A stretch of 64,000 nt of DNA from the human T2T-CHM13v2.0 reference genome, Homo sapiens, in the NCBI RefSeq assembly GCF_009914755.1, contig NC_060925.1. The stretch is one strand, 5' to 3'. Position 1 is the stretch's first letter; each line of letters opens with the position of its first letter. Made by a program: the position numbers and the translations under genes. Below, in pieces: positions 1 through 12,299 of this stretch. The notes under the pieces are model-generated. The model was not told the DNA's origin. It searched no databases and was given only the letters and a program-made list of their open reading frames with translations.

Positions 1-500
1 CAAGGGAAATAAAATCATATGTCCACACAAAAAACTTGTATACAAGTGTTCAGAGCAGCATTTCAGAATACCTAAAAAGTGGAAACAACCAAAATATCTA
101 TCAATTGAATGGATAAACAAAATGTGGTATATTCATATGATGGATTATTATTTAGTAATAAAAAGGAATGAAGTATTCATACGTGTTACAACATGCATGA
201 ACTCTCAAAATATTTTGCTAAGTGAAAGAAGCCACATACAATAGGTCACATGTTGTATGGTTCCATTTATATGAAATGTCCAGAATAGGCATGGAGACAA
301 AAAGCATATAGTGGTTTCCAGGAGTTGTGGGGAGGAGGTAGTGGGAAGTGATCACTAATGGTTACAGGATTTCTTTTGGGAGTTATAAAATATTCTGTAA
401 TTAGTGAGTGGTTATTGTTGCACAACTCTGTGAATATAGTAAAAACCACTTAATTGTATACTTTTTCAGAGTGAATTATATCTCAATAAAGCTATTATTA
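1..500 (+). mobile_element. L1MB-type LINE-1 3' end fragment
   Basis: Typical L1MB 3' motifs (gtggaaacaacc...tggataaacaaaatgtggtatat...atgaaatgtccagaataggc...gtgaattatatctcaataaagct). Confidence 0.8.
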
Positions 501-664
501 GCAAATGAACACAATAATGAAAATTCTCTATTTGTTCCAGATTTTTCATCAGGGGCTTAATCTTTGGAAATCAGAAAACAACTCTGCCTGCCTAGGACTT
601 CCTGATCGTACATATTAATTGTACAATTATGAAATGTCAAAGGATCATTCTAAATTAACCCTTT

Positions 665-760
665 TATCACCTTGTTGGTGAGAAAACTGAGCTCCAAGAA
701 GCATAAATGACTTAAATAAGGTTATATAACTAGCTAGTAGAACCAAGGAAGAGTCTCATT
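665..760 (-). mobile_element. MIR fragment
   Basis: gagaaaactgagctc...aaatgactt...aaggttatataactagct resembles the reverse complement of the MIR core. Confidence 0.55.
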
Positions 761-773
761 CCAATGATTCATC

Positions 774-1878
774 TTTATTTGTCGATTTTGACATTTTTCT
801 AAATCCCAAGGTTTTTTATGATTTAAAGAAAAAAATTAAAAAGTAAAAAGAAAAGCCTATTTATCTTTCATATTAACTCCAATAATTATTTCTAGATTTG
901 TGGGAAATACAGGAAAAAAAAAAGGCTAAGAGAATAAACAACTGCACCTTTCTGCTCCTGTGAATGAGAAAAGACAACTATTAGTACTTAAAGGTTTTAC
1001 TCTTTAAAAACAATACAGCATAAGCACTCATAGTAGTAGTTACAGCAACATGGACCACTCTTTCCTCCTAGGGGATAGAAGATAATCAGACACTTAGCAA
1101 AGATGCTATTAGTATCTGGGAATTTGCCCCCAACTTTCAGAAAGACACTAAATTTAATCCATAGGAAAACATCTTTCAGAGTATTAGTTTCTAAAGTTTC
1201 CCTTTCAGCCCTACTTTTTGCAGCCTTTTTCACAGCCAATGGCAGATACAGGTGCAATAAGTAATTTCTGTGGTACTTATTCACTTGGGAGATTTTGGTG
1301 ATAGTAAAACATTTTCTTTGAAAGTCATGTTTGTTCTTTTCACCAAACAGCAACTCTTAAAAGAATTTTCACTTATTTTTCCATGGAAAAACACTGAGGA
1401 TATAATTTTTTTAAAAGAGCATTATTCAATGTTGACCTTCAAAAGCTGATTGTAAAATACCTCATCATATAATCTACAGCCAGAGAGTAACTCAGCAATT
1501 GTGTAGTCCAGCATTTCTACAACCTAGGTATCCACATGTACCTTAGGATGACATTGGCAGGTAGTGTGAGGAGCTAGGGGAATGGGGGGTGGTGGCAAGA
1601 ATAACAAATAGTGGTACATGCTAAATTTAGTTTAGAAAATTCTGGGTTAATTCGATAAATATTTAAGGAACATCAATTACATGCCAGGCTGTCTACTAGA
1701 TGCAGAGTAAGACAGATTTATACCAGAATTTTCTTAAAGCCTCGAACAAGCTACTGTTCACAATGAGCACAGTGACCATATATCCTAATTTGCTGTAGAC
1801 AGCCCCAGTTTACAGGCGCTATTCCAGCATTAATATCATCTCTTTTTACCTCTATAATCCTACATATGACTCTCTAAG

Positions 1879-1925
<47 letters not shown>

Positions 1926-3467
1926 TAGCAAACAGATTTTCCTAAACTTAGATGGCCAATTACATACTTATACCTACATTCCTACGATTATCTCCTAAAA
2001 CAGTGATCTTGGTCCACAGAACATAGTTTGGGGTCTACTACATTCTTATCATTTGATAGCTGAGGAAACAAAGGATCTGAGAATTAAATAGACTCAGCTA
2101 GAAAACGGCAGACATGGGATACTAAAGCCTAGGACTCCTGGCTCATAGAGATAGCTCTAATGCCCTTTCTGATATATCACAGACTGTGATACTAAAGCAC
2201 CCTTAACATGATGTTAACAAGTTCTACTACAAAAATAAGTCAGCAAGTTTCACATTTTAATTTCATTTTAAAGGAAGTTCATTTTGTTCTTTTTCAATCA
2301 TAACTGTAAAATTAATCAAAAACAGAGTCAATGAGAAAATATTATCTTTTAGGCAACTCTTCAAGACTATAAGCCCAGTTCACTTATTCCTACACTCTCC
2401 TTTCCCTCCCCTCACTCTCTATTAAATATAAAGTAGCTGATTTCTTTATGTCTTTATAGTATCATTGGCTTCACAGGTGTGTGCTGGGGTGGGGGAGGAG
2501 AAGTTAATTCTATCCATCAATCAACAACATTTTCAGTGTCTACCACAAAGCGTTCTGCTATAATATTTTACTCACATTGTGGTTCCAAGTGTTTTTTTTT
2601 TTAAAGTGAGGATACTATAATAGTGCCTTGGGCCATATGGTACTTACACAAATTCCAAGCAGTCAAATTACAATATAATTCCATTATTATTTTTAGGTTT
2701 CTATAAGCTTACTAACAGAGGCCATTTTCTGATTCTGGTTGCACCAAAAGGTATGGCCCTAGAAAAAAAATCATGCAAAGAATTTTATCTTTAAAAATTA
2801 GTTATTCAAATTTTTGATCATCCATGGCACTGATATTTCTAGCTAACTGCTATGCATTTTAAGCAACTTACACAGTTCTTCCAGAGAAAAAGGAGTGAAT
2901 GATCATATAGTCTTTAAAAAGAAAGCCTATGAGCTAAGAAATAGAATAGCCTGTTCTGAAAAAGGAAAAAGTAGAAAATGTTAGTGAAAACAGGGTTTAA
3001 ACCCTTAGGAAATTCATTTCTGTATAGGATATCATTTTGTTCATCACCAAGAAAAGGTAGTCAATATTAATTAAATCTTACACAGGCAAGATAACCAGTT
3101 AAGTAGATGAGAAGAAAATTGCAAGGTGAGTAAGGCAAAAAAAACATTTCTAGAAAGGAACTATTCTTGGATTTGCAGATGGAATATGAGGTGTACATGT
3201 AACAGAATATCCTTGTCACATATTGGAAGTTGTGATTGTGTGACAGAGCTCTAATGTTTGTAACACAGCAGACTCTTCTGTAATAATTATTTTAAAAGGC
3301 TTGCCTATGATAATTTACCATTTGAAGTAATGAACTTATTCAAGTATAACTATTGTACTTAGTTATAATCCCATTTTTTTTAAAAAAAGGAATACAGATA
3401 TTGATCACATCAAACATTTTCATTGAGAAATTGACACGGACACTAATGAGGTTTATCATGGATGGTC
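774..3467 (-). other. SPATA6: SPATA6 3' UTR (distal end uncertain)
   Basis: Follows the TGA at 3468-3470. A minus-strand AATAAA at 774-779 is one candidate poly(A) signal; the true end cannot be fixed from sequence alone. Confidence 0.5.
1881..1926. repeat. (GT)n/(CA)n microsatellite
   Basis: (GT)19, then AT, then (GT)3. Confidence 0.97.
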
Positions 3468-3648
3468 TCAGAAGCTTTCCTGTGTATGTGAAGCAGAACT
3501 ATAGGCCTTTTTGTATAAGTTCCTGTACATCTTGTCCATGCTGTTCTCAAAGATGGGTCGGTGGGATTTTCCCTTATAAGAGGCTGCCCTGTTGGACCAG
3601 TATTCACCGTCATCCAAATGGAAAGTGCCACGTGGCTGCTGACATGAG
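3468..3648 (-). CDS. SPATA6: SPATA6 last coding exon
   Basis: Acceptor ccctttttatag|C, then SCQQPRGTFHLDDGEYWSNRAASYKGKSHRPIFENSMDKMYRNLYKKAYSSASHTQESF* (stop 3468-3470). Matches the recalled SPATA6 C-terminus, and the phase fits the upstream exon (AG+C=Ser). Confidence 0.95.
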
Positions 3649-3895
3649 CTATAAAAAGGGATATAAAAGGTTCAAAACAATAATGAAACAAAATTAGAGA
3701 TAGTACTATGTAAATCAAATATTTATTGAGTACTCTATGGCTATTTAATTCTCTGCTGGGGCTGTGAAAAATAAAACAGAGTAAGGCCTGTGCTTTCAAA
3801 GAGGGACATTTTAAAAGGGGAGGCAGAAGTATCTGTGTAAAACTGTTATAAAACAGTAAAATGAAAATTTTGTGTTAGAGTGAAAAAGGAATTCA

Positions 3896-4480
<585 letters not shown>

Positions 4481-4509
4481 AACCAGGTACTTTATATCTA
4501 TTTATGAAT

Positions 4510-4655
4510 ACATTTTACAACACATAGAAGTTGGTAGATATAGAAATGAAGACTCAGTGAAGTTAAGTGACTTGCCTAAGACTGCTCAGCTAGTAAGTGG
4601 CAAAATGAAAAAGACAACGTGTGTGCTCTAAGACCCTTTCTACTATGCCATGCTG
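4510..4655 (-). mobile_element. MIR fragment
   Basis: gaaatgaagactcagtgaagttaagtgacttgcctaagactgctcagctagtaagtggc. Confidence 0.75.
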
Positions 4656-5084
4656 CTATTGCCCTCAAGGAGTAGAAAATTAGGCTAACTGTGAACATTT
4701 GTGGAAAATGGAAACAAGGCAGAAGAGTTTGAAGTGAAAGGATCAACTGTAGTTTTGAGGGTCTTAAGGAAAAAAGAAGGTGGGAGAGAGAGAGAGAGCG
4801 AGCGCATGCAAGAGAGCACGCATGTAAGTGAGAGGAAGCCCATAGGAAGCTAATGAAATAGACTAAGACTGGGCTAGCTGTGATGAAGATAGAAAAGAAA
4901 AGGTAACTCTTTCTTAAGGATTAATAGCACTTTTTATGTTATCAGTGTTATAATTTTACTAACATAAATTCCGGAATTACATTTTTTATGGATAAAATGT
5001 TGAGTTTATTTTCTTATATAAATAATTGACCTTCTTCAAGGTCAATGAAATACTTTTATAGATTAGACCTTCCAGGCCTGTTAG

Positions 5085-6752
5085 AGATTGTAAAGTTTCT
5101 TCCCAGATACACACAACCTACAAACCAAGATTATACTATGAACAAATACAAAACCTGAACAGACCAATAATGAATAACAATATTGAAACAGTAATAAAAA
5201 GTCTCCTATAAAAGAAAAGCCCTGGATCTCTGGCTTCACTGCTGAATTTTACCAAATATTTAAAGAAGAACTAATAAGAAGTCTACTCAAAATATTACAA
5301 AAAATTAAAGATATGAGAAAACCCATTTTATAAGACTAGCATTACCCTGGTACCAAAACCAGACAAAAACAACAACAAAAATAAACTACAGGCTAATATT
5401 CCTGATGAACAGATGCAAAAATCCTCAACAGAATATTAGAAAATTGAATTCAAAAACACATGAAAAAGATCATTCACCATGATCAAATGGTATTCATTCC
5501 AGGGATGCAAGGATGGTTCATCATGGGCAAATCAATAAATGTGATACATAATATCAACAGAATTAAAACAAAAAAAAAGTATAATCATTTCAATGGGTGC
5601 TGAAAAAGCATTCAATACAATTCAACATCCACTCATAATAAAACCCCTCCATAAACTGGGCATGGAAGGAACATACCTCAAAATGATAAGGGCCATATAC
5701 AACAAACTCACAGCTAATATTATACTGAATGGGAAAAAGATCTGAAACAGGACAAAGATGCCCACTTTCGCCACTTATATTCAACATAGTAATGGAAGTC
5801 CTAGCCAGAGCAATTAGGCAAATGAAAGAAATAAAGGGGATCCAAACTGAAAAAGAAGTTAAATTATTCCCTTCCATAGAAAACATGATGTTTTATTTAG
5901 AAAAACATAAAGACTCCACCAAAAAATTAAAATGAATAAACACATTTAGTAAGGTTGCAAAATAAAAAATTAACATGCAATAATCAACATTTCTATATTC
6001 CAACAGTAAACAATCTGCAACAGAGATCAAGAAAGCAATCCCATTTCCAATACTAAAAGAAAAAAAAAAGCCAGAAAAGTGAAAGACTGCTATGACAAAA
6101 ACTATAAAACACTGATGAAAGAAACTGGAGAACACAAGAAAATGGAAAGATATTCCATGTTCATGGATTGAAAGAATCAATATTGTTAAAATGCCTATAC
6201 TACCCAAAGCAATCTAGTCAATGCAATCTCTATCAAAACACTAATGACATTCTACACAGCAATAATAATAAAAAAATCCTAAAATTTATTTGGAACCACA
6301 CACACACACACACACAAAAAAAAACTAGAATAGCCAAAGCAATCCTGAGCAAACAGAACGAAGTTGGAGGCATCACATAACCTGACTTGAAATTAAACTG
6401 TGACGTTATAGTAACCAAAATAGCATAGTACTGGAATAACAACAGACGAATAGACTAATGGAACAGAATAGAGAATGAAGAAATAAATCCACACATTTAC
6501 AGTAAACTCATTTTTTACAAAGGCACCAAGCACATACATTGGGGAAAGGACAGTCTTTTCAATAAATGGTACTGGGAAAACTGGATATTCATATGCAAAA
6601 AAATAAAAATAATGCCTATATCTCACCATATACAAACATCGAACTAAAATGGATTAAATACTTAAATGTGAGACCTGAAAGGATGAAACTATTGAAGAAA
6701 ATATTGGGAAAATGCTTTAGGATATTGATCTAGGCAAAGATTACTTGAGTAG
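5085..6752 (+). mobile_element. L1MA-type ORF2 fragment (RT region), 3' end missing
   Basis: ORF 5729-5935 ([24 protein letters not shown]) is decayed L1 ORF2p; homology stops abruptly near 6752. Confidence 0.85.
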
Positions 6753-6959
6753 CATCCAGTTTCCAGTAATTCATTTTTCATGTATATGGGTCATACTTTC
6801 TTCTTTACATGTCTCAGAGTTTTTGTAGAAAACAAAGTTTTAGATCTAGTTGAGATTGCAGAAACTCTGGATTCTTTCCGATTCTTTGTTCAATGATTTG
6901 CCTGGACTGATATTGTGAACTATTTCTTCACACTGTCCAATTCCTTGTGTCTCTTGTTT

Positions 6960-7250
6960 CTTTATTTTTTTAATTGTTGCTATTTTATTTTTATAGATTT
7001 AGAGGGTGCAAGGGCAGTTTTCTTACATGGATATATTACATAATGGCGAATCTGGGCTTTCAGCTTTTAGTGTACTCATGGTTCAATAGTGAACACTAAC
7101 CAACAGGTATTTTTTCAACCCCATCCCGCCTTTTAGAATCTCCACACCTTCCCACCTTTTAGAATCTCCAGTGTTTATTATACCTCTCTGTATGTCCATG
7201 TGTACCCATTGTTTAGCTCCCATTTACAATGAGAACATGTGGTACTTGTC
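6960..7250 (-). mobile_element. L1MA/L1PB 3' end fragment
   Basis: T-rich tail followed by ...tacatggatatatt...tgtttagctcccatttacaatgagaacatgtggtact. Confidence 0.75.
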
Positions 7251-7610
7251 TTGGCTTCTCAGGGGCTACCCCGGAGTTAGCATAGCTTAGTGGCCAGCAA
7301 ATGACTAGTCAGAGCCAGTAAGCCTATAAGGCTTCCATATTTTGCCAATGGATCTGTATGTGGCTTTGGTAATATATTCAAAGTTTATCTAGTTTATAAT
7401 TCTGCCCTGGATTTTACTTTCTGCCTTCACAAGGCTTCACATTCAGCCATAAATTAGTGGCTCATTAGGGCCTTCACCAATATCTCTCATGCATATGTAC
7501 AGCCTTATGCATAAACATAATCTTCTACCCAACCAGGAATAAATAGAACTTTATCAAGGCCAGCCAACTGTGGCTATCTTCTCTCAGGATCTTTACTGTC
7601 TGCCCCAACC

Positions 7611-7688
7611 AGTATTAAAACTTCAGGCCTCCTCTGCTTGTTTGCCAAGTAGTATTAAAACTTCAGTCCTCCCTTGCTTGTTTGCCAA
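7611..7688. repeat. 40-bp tandem duplication
   Basis: agtattaaaacttcag.cctc..tgcttgtttgccaa starts at both 7611 and 7651. Confidence 0.9.
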
Positions 7689-7894
7689 CAAACCATTATT
7701 GTTTCTGTTAATGGAATTTCCCATGCTCTGCTCCATATAGTTAGTTATTTCTGGGAGCAAAGCTGCCAGTATTTCAATATGACTTCCCTAGTAGAACTTT
7801 TGTGCCATGGAGCTGGGGAGTGGTAGACGGGGATGGAACCTCCAGGTTATAATGTCACAGACTCTAACTGTTCTTACTGATATTCAGCAAATTT

Positions 7895-8548
7895 TTAAAG
7901 TTAATTTTTAAATCGATACATAATAATTGTACATATTCCTAAGGTACATATGATATTTTGATGCCTGCATACAATGTGTAGTGAATCAAATCATGGTAAT
8001 TAGGATATCACCTCAAACATTTATCACTTCTTTGTATTGGAAACATTCCAAATCTTTCTTCTAGCTATTGTGAAATATACAACAAATTTTTGTTAACTAT
8101 GGTCACCCTACTGGGCTATCAAACTCTAGAACTTAACCCTTCTTCATAACTGTATTTTTCTACTCATTAACCAACCTCTCTTCACCCTCTATTCCCTCCT
8201 CCCCTTCCCAGTCCCTGGTAATCACCATTCTACTCTCCACTTCCATGAGATCAACTTTTTTAGCTGCCACAGATGAGAACATGCAACATTTGTCTTTCTG
8301 TGCCTGGCTTATTTCACTTAACATGATGTCCTCTAGTTCCATCCATGTTGTTGCTAATGAAAAGATTTCATTTTTTTATAGCTGAATAATATTCCATTGT
8401 GTATATTTTCCACATCTGCTTTCATCCACTGATGGGCACTTAGGTTGATTTCATAGTTTTGTTATTGTGAATAATGCTACAATAAATATGGGAGTGCTGA
8501 TATTTCTTCAATATGCTGATTTCCTTTCTTTTAGGTAGTATAACCAGT
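7895..8548 (-). mobile_element. L1MA 3' end fragment
   Basis: ORF 8160-8342 (MELEDIMLSEISQAQKDK...) is the L1 ORF2 C-terminus/3'UTR; typical L1MA 3'UTR motifs. Confidence 0.85.
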
Positions 8549-9263
8549 AGATTTTCTTGATAAATGCTTCTCAATTTGTTATATGCTTTTGGTCAATTCC
8601 AAGAGTTCTTAAATTGTTTTTGACAATTCTGTTCTGTTTGTTTCTTTGGGGGAAGAGGATTTGCTGAGCTCCTCACTCAGTCATTCCAGAGGTTCATGCG
8701 AACTTCTTCATGATGCCTGTGTCAAACGGCATCTGTAGAGGATTGATAGTAAGTCAAGACTGCAAACTCTCTCTTGACTTCTGCTGACAGAAACCTCAAG
8801 GCTGGCAAGGAGGTTGATTACTTTGAGTGTAGTTCCTCTAACCTTTGAGATGGAAAGCAGAACGGGAGGACTTCTTGGCCTACTGCATAATATTACTTGA
8901 GGATAAAACTAAAATAATATCCTAATCATTTCAATAGCTTCTGGAGCTAATATCAAAGATACTCTTCTGAAAGGTCTTGAAGGACTGACCACTTCATCCA
9001 ATTGATTCAAGTATATATATAAGAGAAGCAGCAAAGATTATAAAGTGATCTCAAAAATGTGTAAGCAGAACTTTTCTGACACTCTGCTTAACTCTCATTT
9101 GAGAGGTACCAAATTGTTCAGGGTGATCAAAAGCTTAATCAATAACACTGCTTGGTAGCTGAAAAAAGAACCAATATTGGGGTTTACGGCAAACTTTAAA
9201 TTGACAGCAGCACTTCTGAAAATGTAGTATTTATCTACCTACATTAGAATTACCCATGATATC

Positions 9264-9410
9264 CCATTTTTTATTTTATTGTATTTATTTTGTAGAGACA
9301 GGGTCTTGCTATGTTGCCCAGGCTATTCTCAAACTCTTGGCCTCAAGTGATCCTCCGATGGGGGCCTCCCAAAGCACTGGGATTACAGGCGTGAGCCATT
9401 GCACCTGGCC
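9264..9410 (-). mobile_element. Free left Alu monomer (FLAM-like), probably inside a MER5-type remnant
   Basis: Single Alu arm; TSD ccatgatatc at 9254-9263 and 9411-9420. Confidence 0.85.
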
Positions 9411-10553
9411 CCATGATATCTCTTAAAATACAGATTTCCACATCTTACTTATATATAAGAACCAGCATCTATGGGGGTAAAAAGTGGAAATCTATATTTT
9501 TTAAAAACAACTTAGATAATTTGAAAATGAGGCTCTTTCCTGTATCAGTTCTTCTCACTTCTTGCCCAAATTAGAATTAATTATATGGGTTAAGCACCCA
9601 AAATCGGGATGCTAATCCATGTAACAATTTAGGGAATATGCCTTTAATGAAAAATAACAAATGGTAAAAAATACTCTTCCTCAGGGTGTGTACCTCTGAA
9701 TCTTTCTTTTCTTCTTTGGATTGCTTCACCTTCAAATTTACCTATAATAAACTGTTTAAAGAGAGGCCTAGGTTGCTTCTTGCTTGGGAGGCAATAACTT
9801 TGAGAAAGGAAGTCACACTCCCACTTATAGTCTGTGTAAGGGGCATAAGGAAAAGTCCTCACATGTTCATAGATGGTCTAGCCTAGCTTACGAGAGTAAA
9901 GATCAGAGATTTGAATGCAAAACCCAAGTTAGCAATTAAAAAATATTCCATTCTTTGGAGCTTTGTTTCTTATGTTTGTTCCTCAGGAATCTCAGGAAGG
10001 TGAAAGCTATATATTGCAGTAACTAGTGGTATAACATCCAAGAATTCAAAGAACGTTTGGCTGTATAAATCCAAAATTTACACTTTTTAATACTGCATTA
10101 AAATTATGTCAGTTGACACAGAGCTGTCAAAAATCTTGATGAAATTTGCTCATATAAACTTGTACAAATGTTATTATTAACATTCCTCAAATTTTAGGCG
10201 AGAATAGAATTTGCTCTTACAGAATTTGATCTCAAATTATTAAAAAAGGTTGGTTCATGGTGTAAAATTATAAGAACTATTTTTTATATTAAAATAAATA
10301 CACATTCTGAAGTATGTGAGTTTTCAGGGCAGACAAATCTTAAGTAGGATGAAGGGCATCACCAATAATTGACTATATTTGTTTTTACAGATAAGTTTCA
10401 GTAATGCAAACATTAAAATTTTAATAGGAATTTACAGTTAGAAATAAATACTAATTATCCTTTTGAGTCTAAATTTCCCATAAATTCAGCATATTATAAA
10501 ACAGTTATTTTTATCAGAACTATGAGAAGGATATACATATATTTCATTCATAC

Positions 10554-10645
10554 CTATACTCGGGGTCACTGTCATAGGCAGAGTCTCTACATAAAAGACT
10601 TCTTTTCAGTTCCAGTTCATCATCTTTCTCTAGGTCTCTCTCATC
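10554..10645 (-). CDS. SPATA6: SPATA6 penultimate coding exon (92 nt)
   Basis: aaaatttttcag|GAT GAG AGA...GAG TAT AG|gtatga encodes DERDLEKDDELELKRSLLCRDSAYDSDPEY(S); phase 0 in, phase 2 out. Confidence 0.95.
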
Positions 10646-12176
10646 CTGAAAAATTTTAAAGATTTCCATTAACTCACTGTCTCATTGTCCCCAAAATGAT
10701 GCATATGTTTCTTCATAAAATGCTCTTCCCCTCCCTTTATAAATTTTAATTCATAAGAAAGGGAATTAAATGCTAGTGTTTCTTTGGGGGGAAAAAGGTT
10801 AAGTGATGATTTACTATCCTTTTCAACAAAACAATACAGTTTTATTATAGTTTTTGCTAATATTGCTTATCAAAGACTAGGTATCCAGTAGATACCTCTT
10901 GAATCCATAAAAATAGAGGAATGAATCCTGTGTCATGATATGTAAATTAACATTATCTTATACATTGTTATATGAACTCAAGAGATTGTACCTGCATTTT
11001 GAGGAATAAGTATTTGAGAAAATTATGTAGATACAAGCATTCTAACATGCACCTATGACTTACAAAGGAAATGGCTTAGACTTATTAATCAAAAGCCAAA
11101 ATGCAAAATCAAAAGCCAAAATAACAAGCCAGAAAAGGCAAAAATGAAAGGCAAGATAATTGGAATGAAAATATATGGTTACCCCCACCTTGTATGGGCA
11201 GCCTGTTCTTAATTTCTAATAGACACATACAAGGACATAAGAAATAGTATTCTGAAGAGATGGCTTTGTTAACTATATCATTCACAGTTAAATTCATATG
11301 TGTGGTAATGGTATATAATTTAATACCAAATATCTTTTTCAACTACTAGCCAATATCCTTGTGTTCCTTAGTCAAACAAGAAGAGAAATAAACAGAACTG
11401 ATAACAAAAGAAACTAGTAAGCACAAATAAGGATTAGTATTAGTAAGGGGTTCATTCACTTTATGTAAGAAATCAGCTGAATGCACATTGTGAAGAAAAA
11501 TGATTTTAAAAATTTGCTGATGGCATGAAACTAGGAAGAGAGCATTATGTGTAAACGTGTGCAATAAATGATAGAGCTTGTTTAAAAATCACAGAAAATA
11601 TGCATACAAATTTAGAATTGTTATAGTTTCTCGGTTTTATCATTATGAAGTAGCCTTTATTTCTGTAACTGCTTTTTTTTCCCTTAACTTATTTGGTCTA
11701 CTATTCATATAGATACAACCACTTTCTTTTAGTTAGTGCTTTAATGGTATATATTTGTCCTTTTATTTTCAGCCATTCCTTACTATTAGATCTTTTTCTT
11801 GAATGGCATATTATTGGATGTTCCTTATTTTTACCTATTCCGAGAAGTCAATGCAGTGGAGCATTTACTGTATTATCAAAGAAAATGTAATTGCCTGTAG
11901 TGAGTGTGAAAGACTTGGCAAAGAAACGAAATAAAAAGGATAGCTGTCTTAAAGGGAGTAAAAATACAACTACTAAAACTATTCCTGTGGAGTGATGATG
12001 CCCATCTAGATCAAGGATATCATATAGGGGTATTCAGACCTGAGAAACAAAAAGGAACAGATTAGCTTAAAAGTTATTCCTTTCAAATTTTCAGACTATA
12101 TTTTGTGATATTTTATATATATATAATTATATATTTATGTTTATATATAATCATATACATTTATATTCATATATAT

Positions 12177-12265
12177 ATAACTTGCCCTTTGAAAAAATAA
12201 TCTATACAAGGACCCATCTTTTGTAAGAGTCCCTGTATAGATTATTTTTTCAAAGGACAAGTTAT
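12177..12265. repeat. 37-bp inverted repeat with 15-nt spacer, adjacent to a TA-rich tract
   Basis: 12177-12213 pairs with 12229-12265 at 35/37 Watson-Crick positions (checked base by base). Confidence 0.95.
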
Positions 12266-12299
12266 TCACAAACAAGGAGGCAACAAGGATCACATCTTA

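Larger units (their letters stand above)
6753..8692 (-). mobile_element. Old L1M (L1MC/MD-like) 5' region, interrupted by two L1MA 3' ends
   Basis: Terminal ...gaggatttgctgagctcctcactcagtcattccagagg resembles the reverse complement of an L1MC/MD 5' terminus. Confidence 0.5.

Noticed and set aside
997-1353. 118-aa minus-strand ORF
   Set aside because: Lies in the probable 3'UTR with a non-ATG start and no recognisable homology.
3353-3799. ORFs 3353-3697 (+) and 3443-3799 (-) over the last exon
   Set aside because: They are antisense or out of frame to the real SPATA6 exon and extend into the intron; no recognisable protein.
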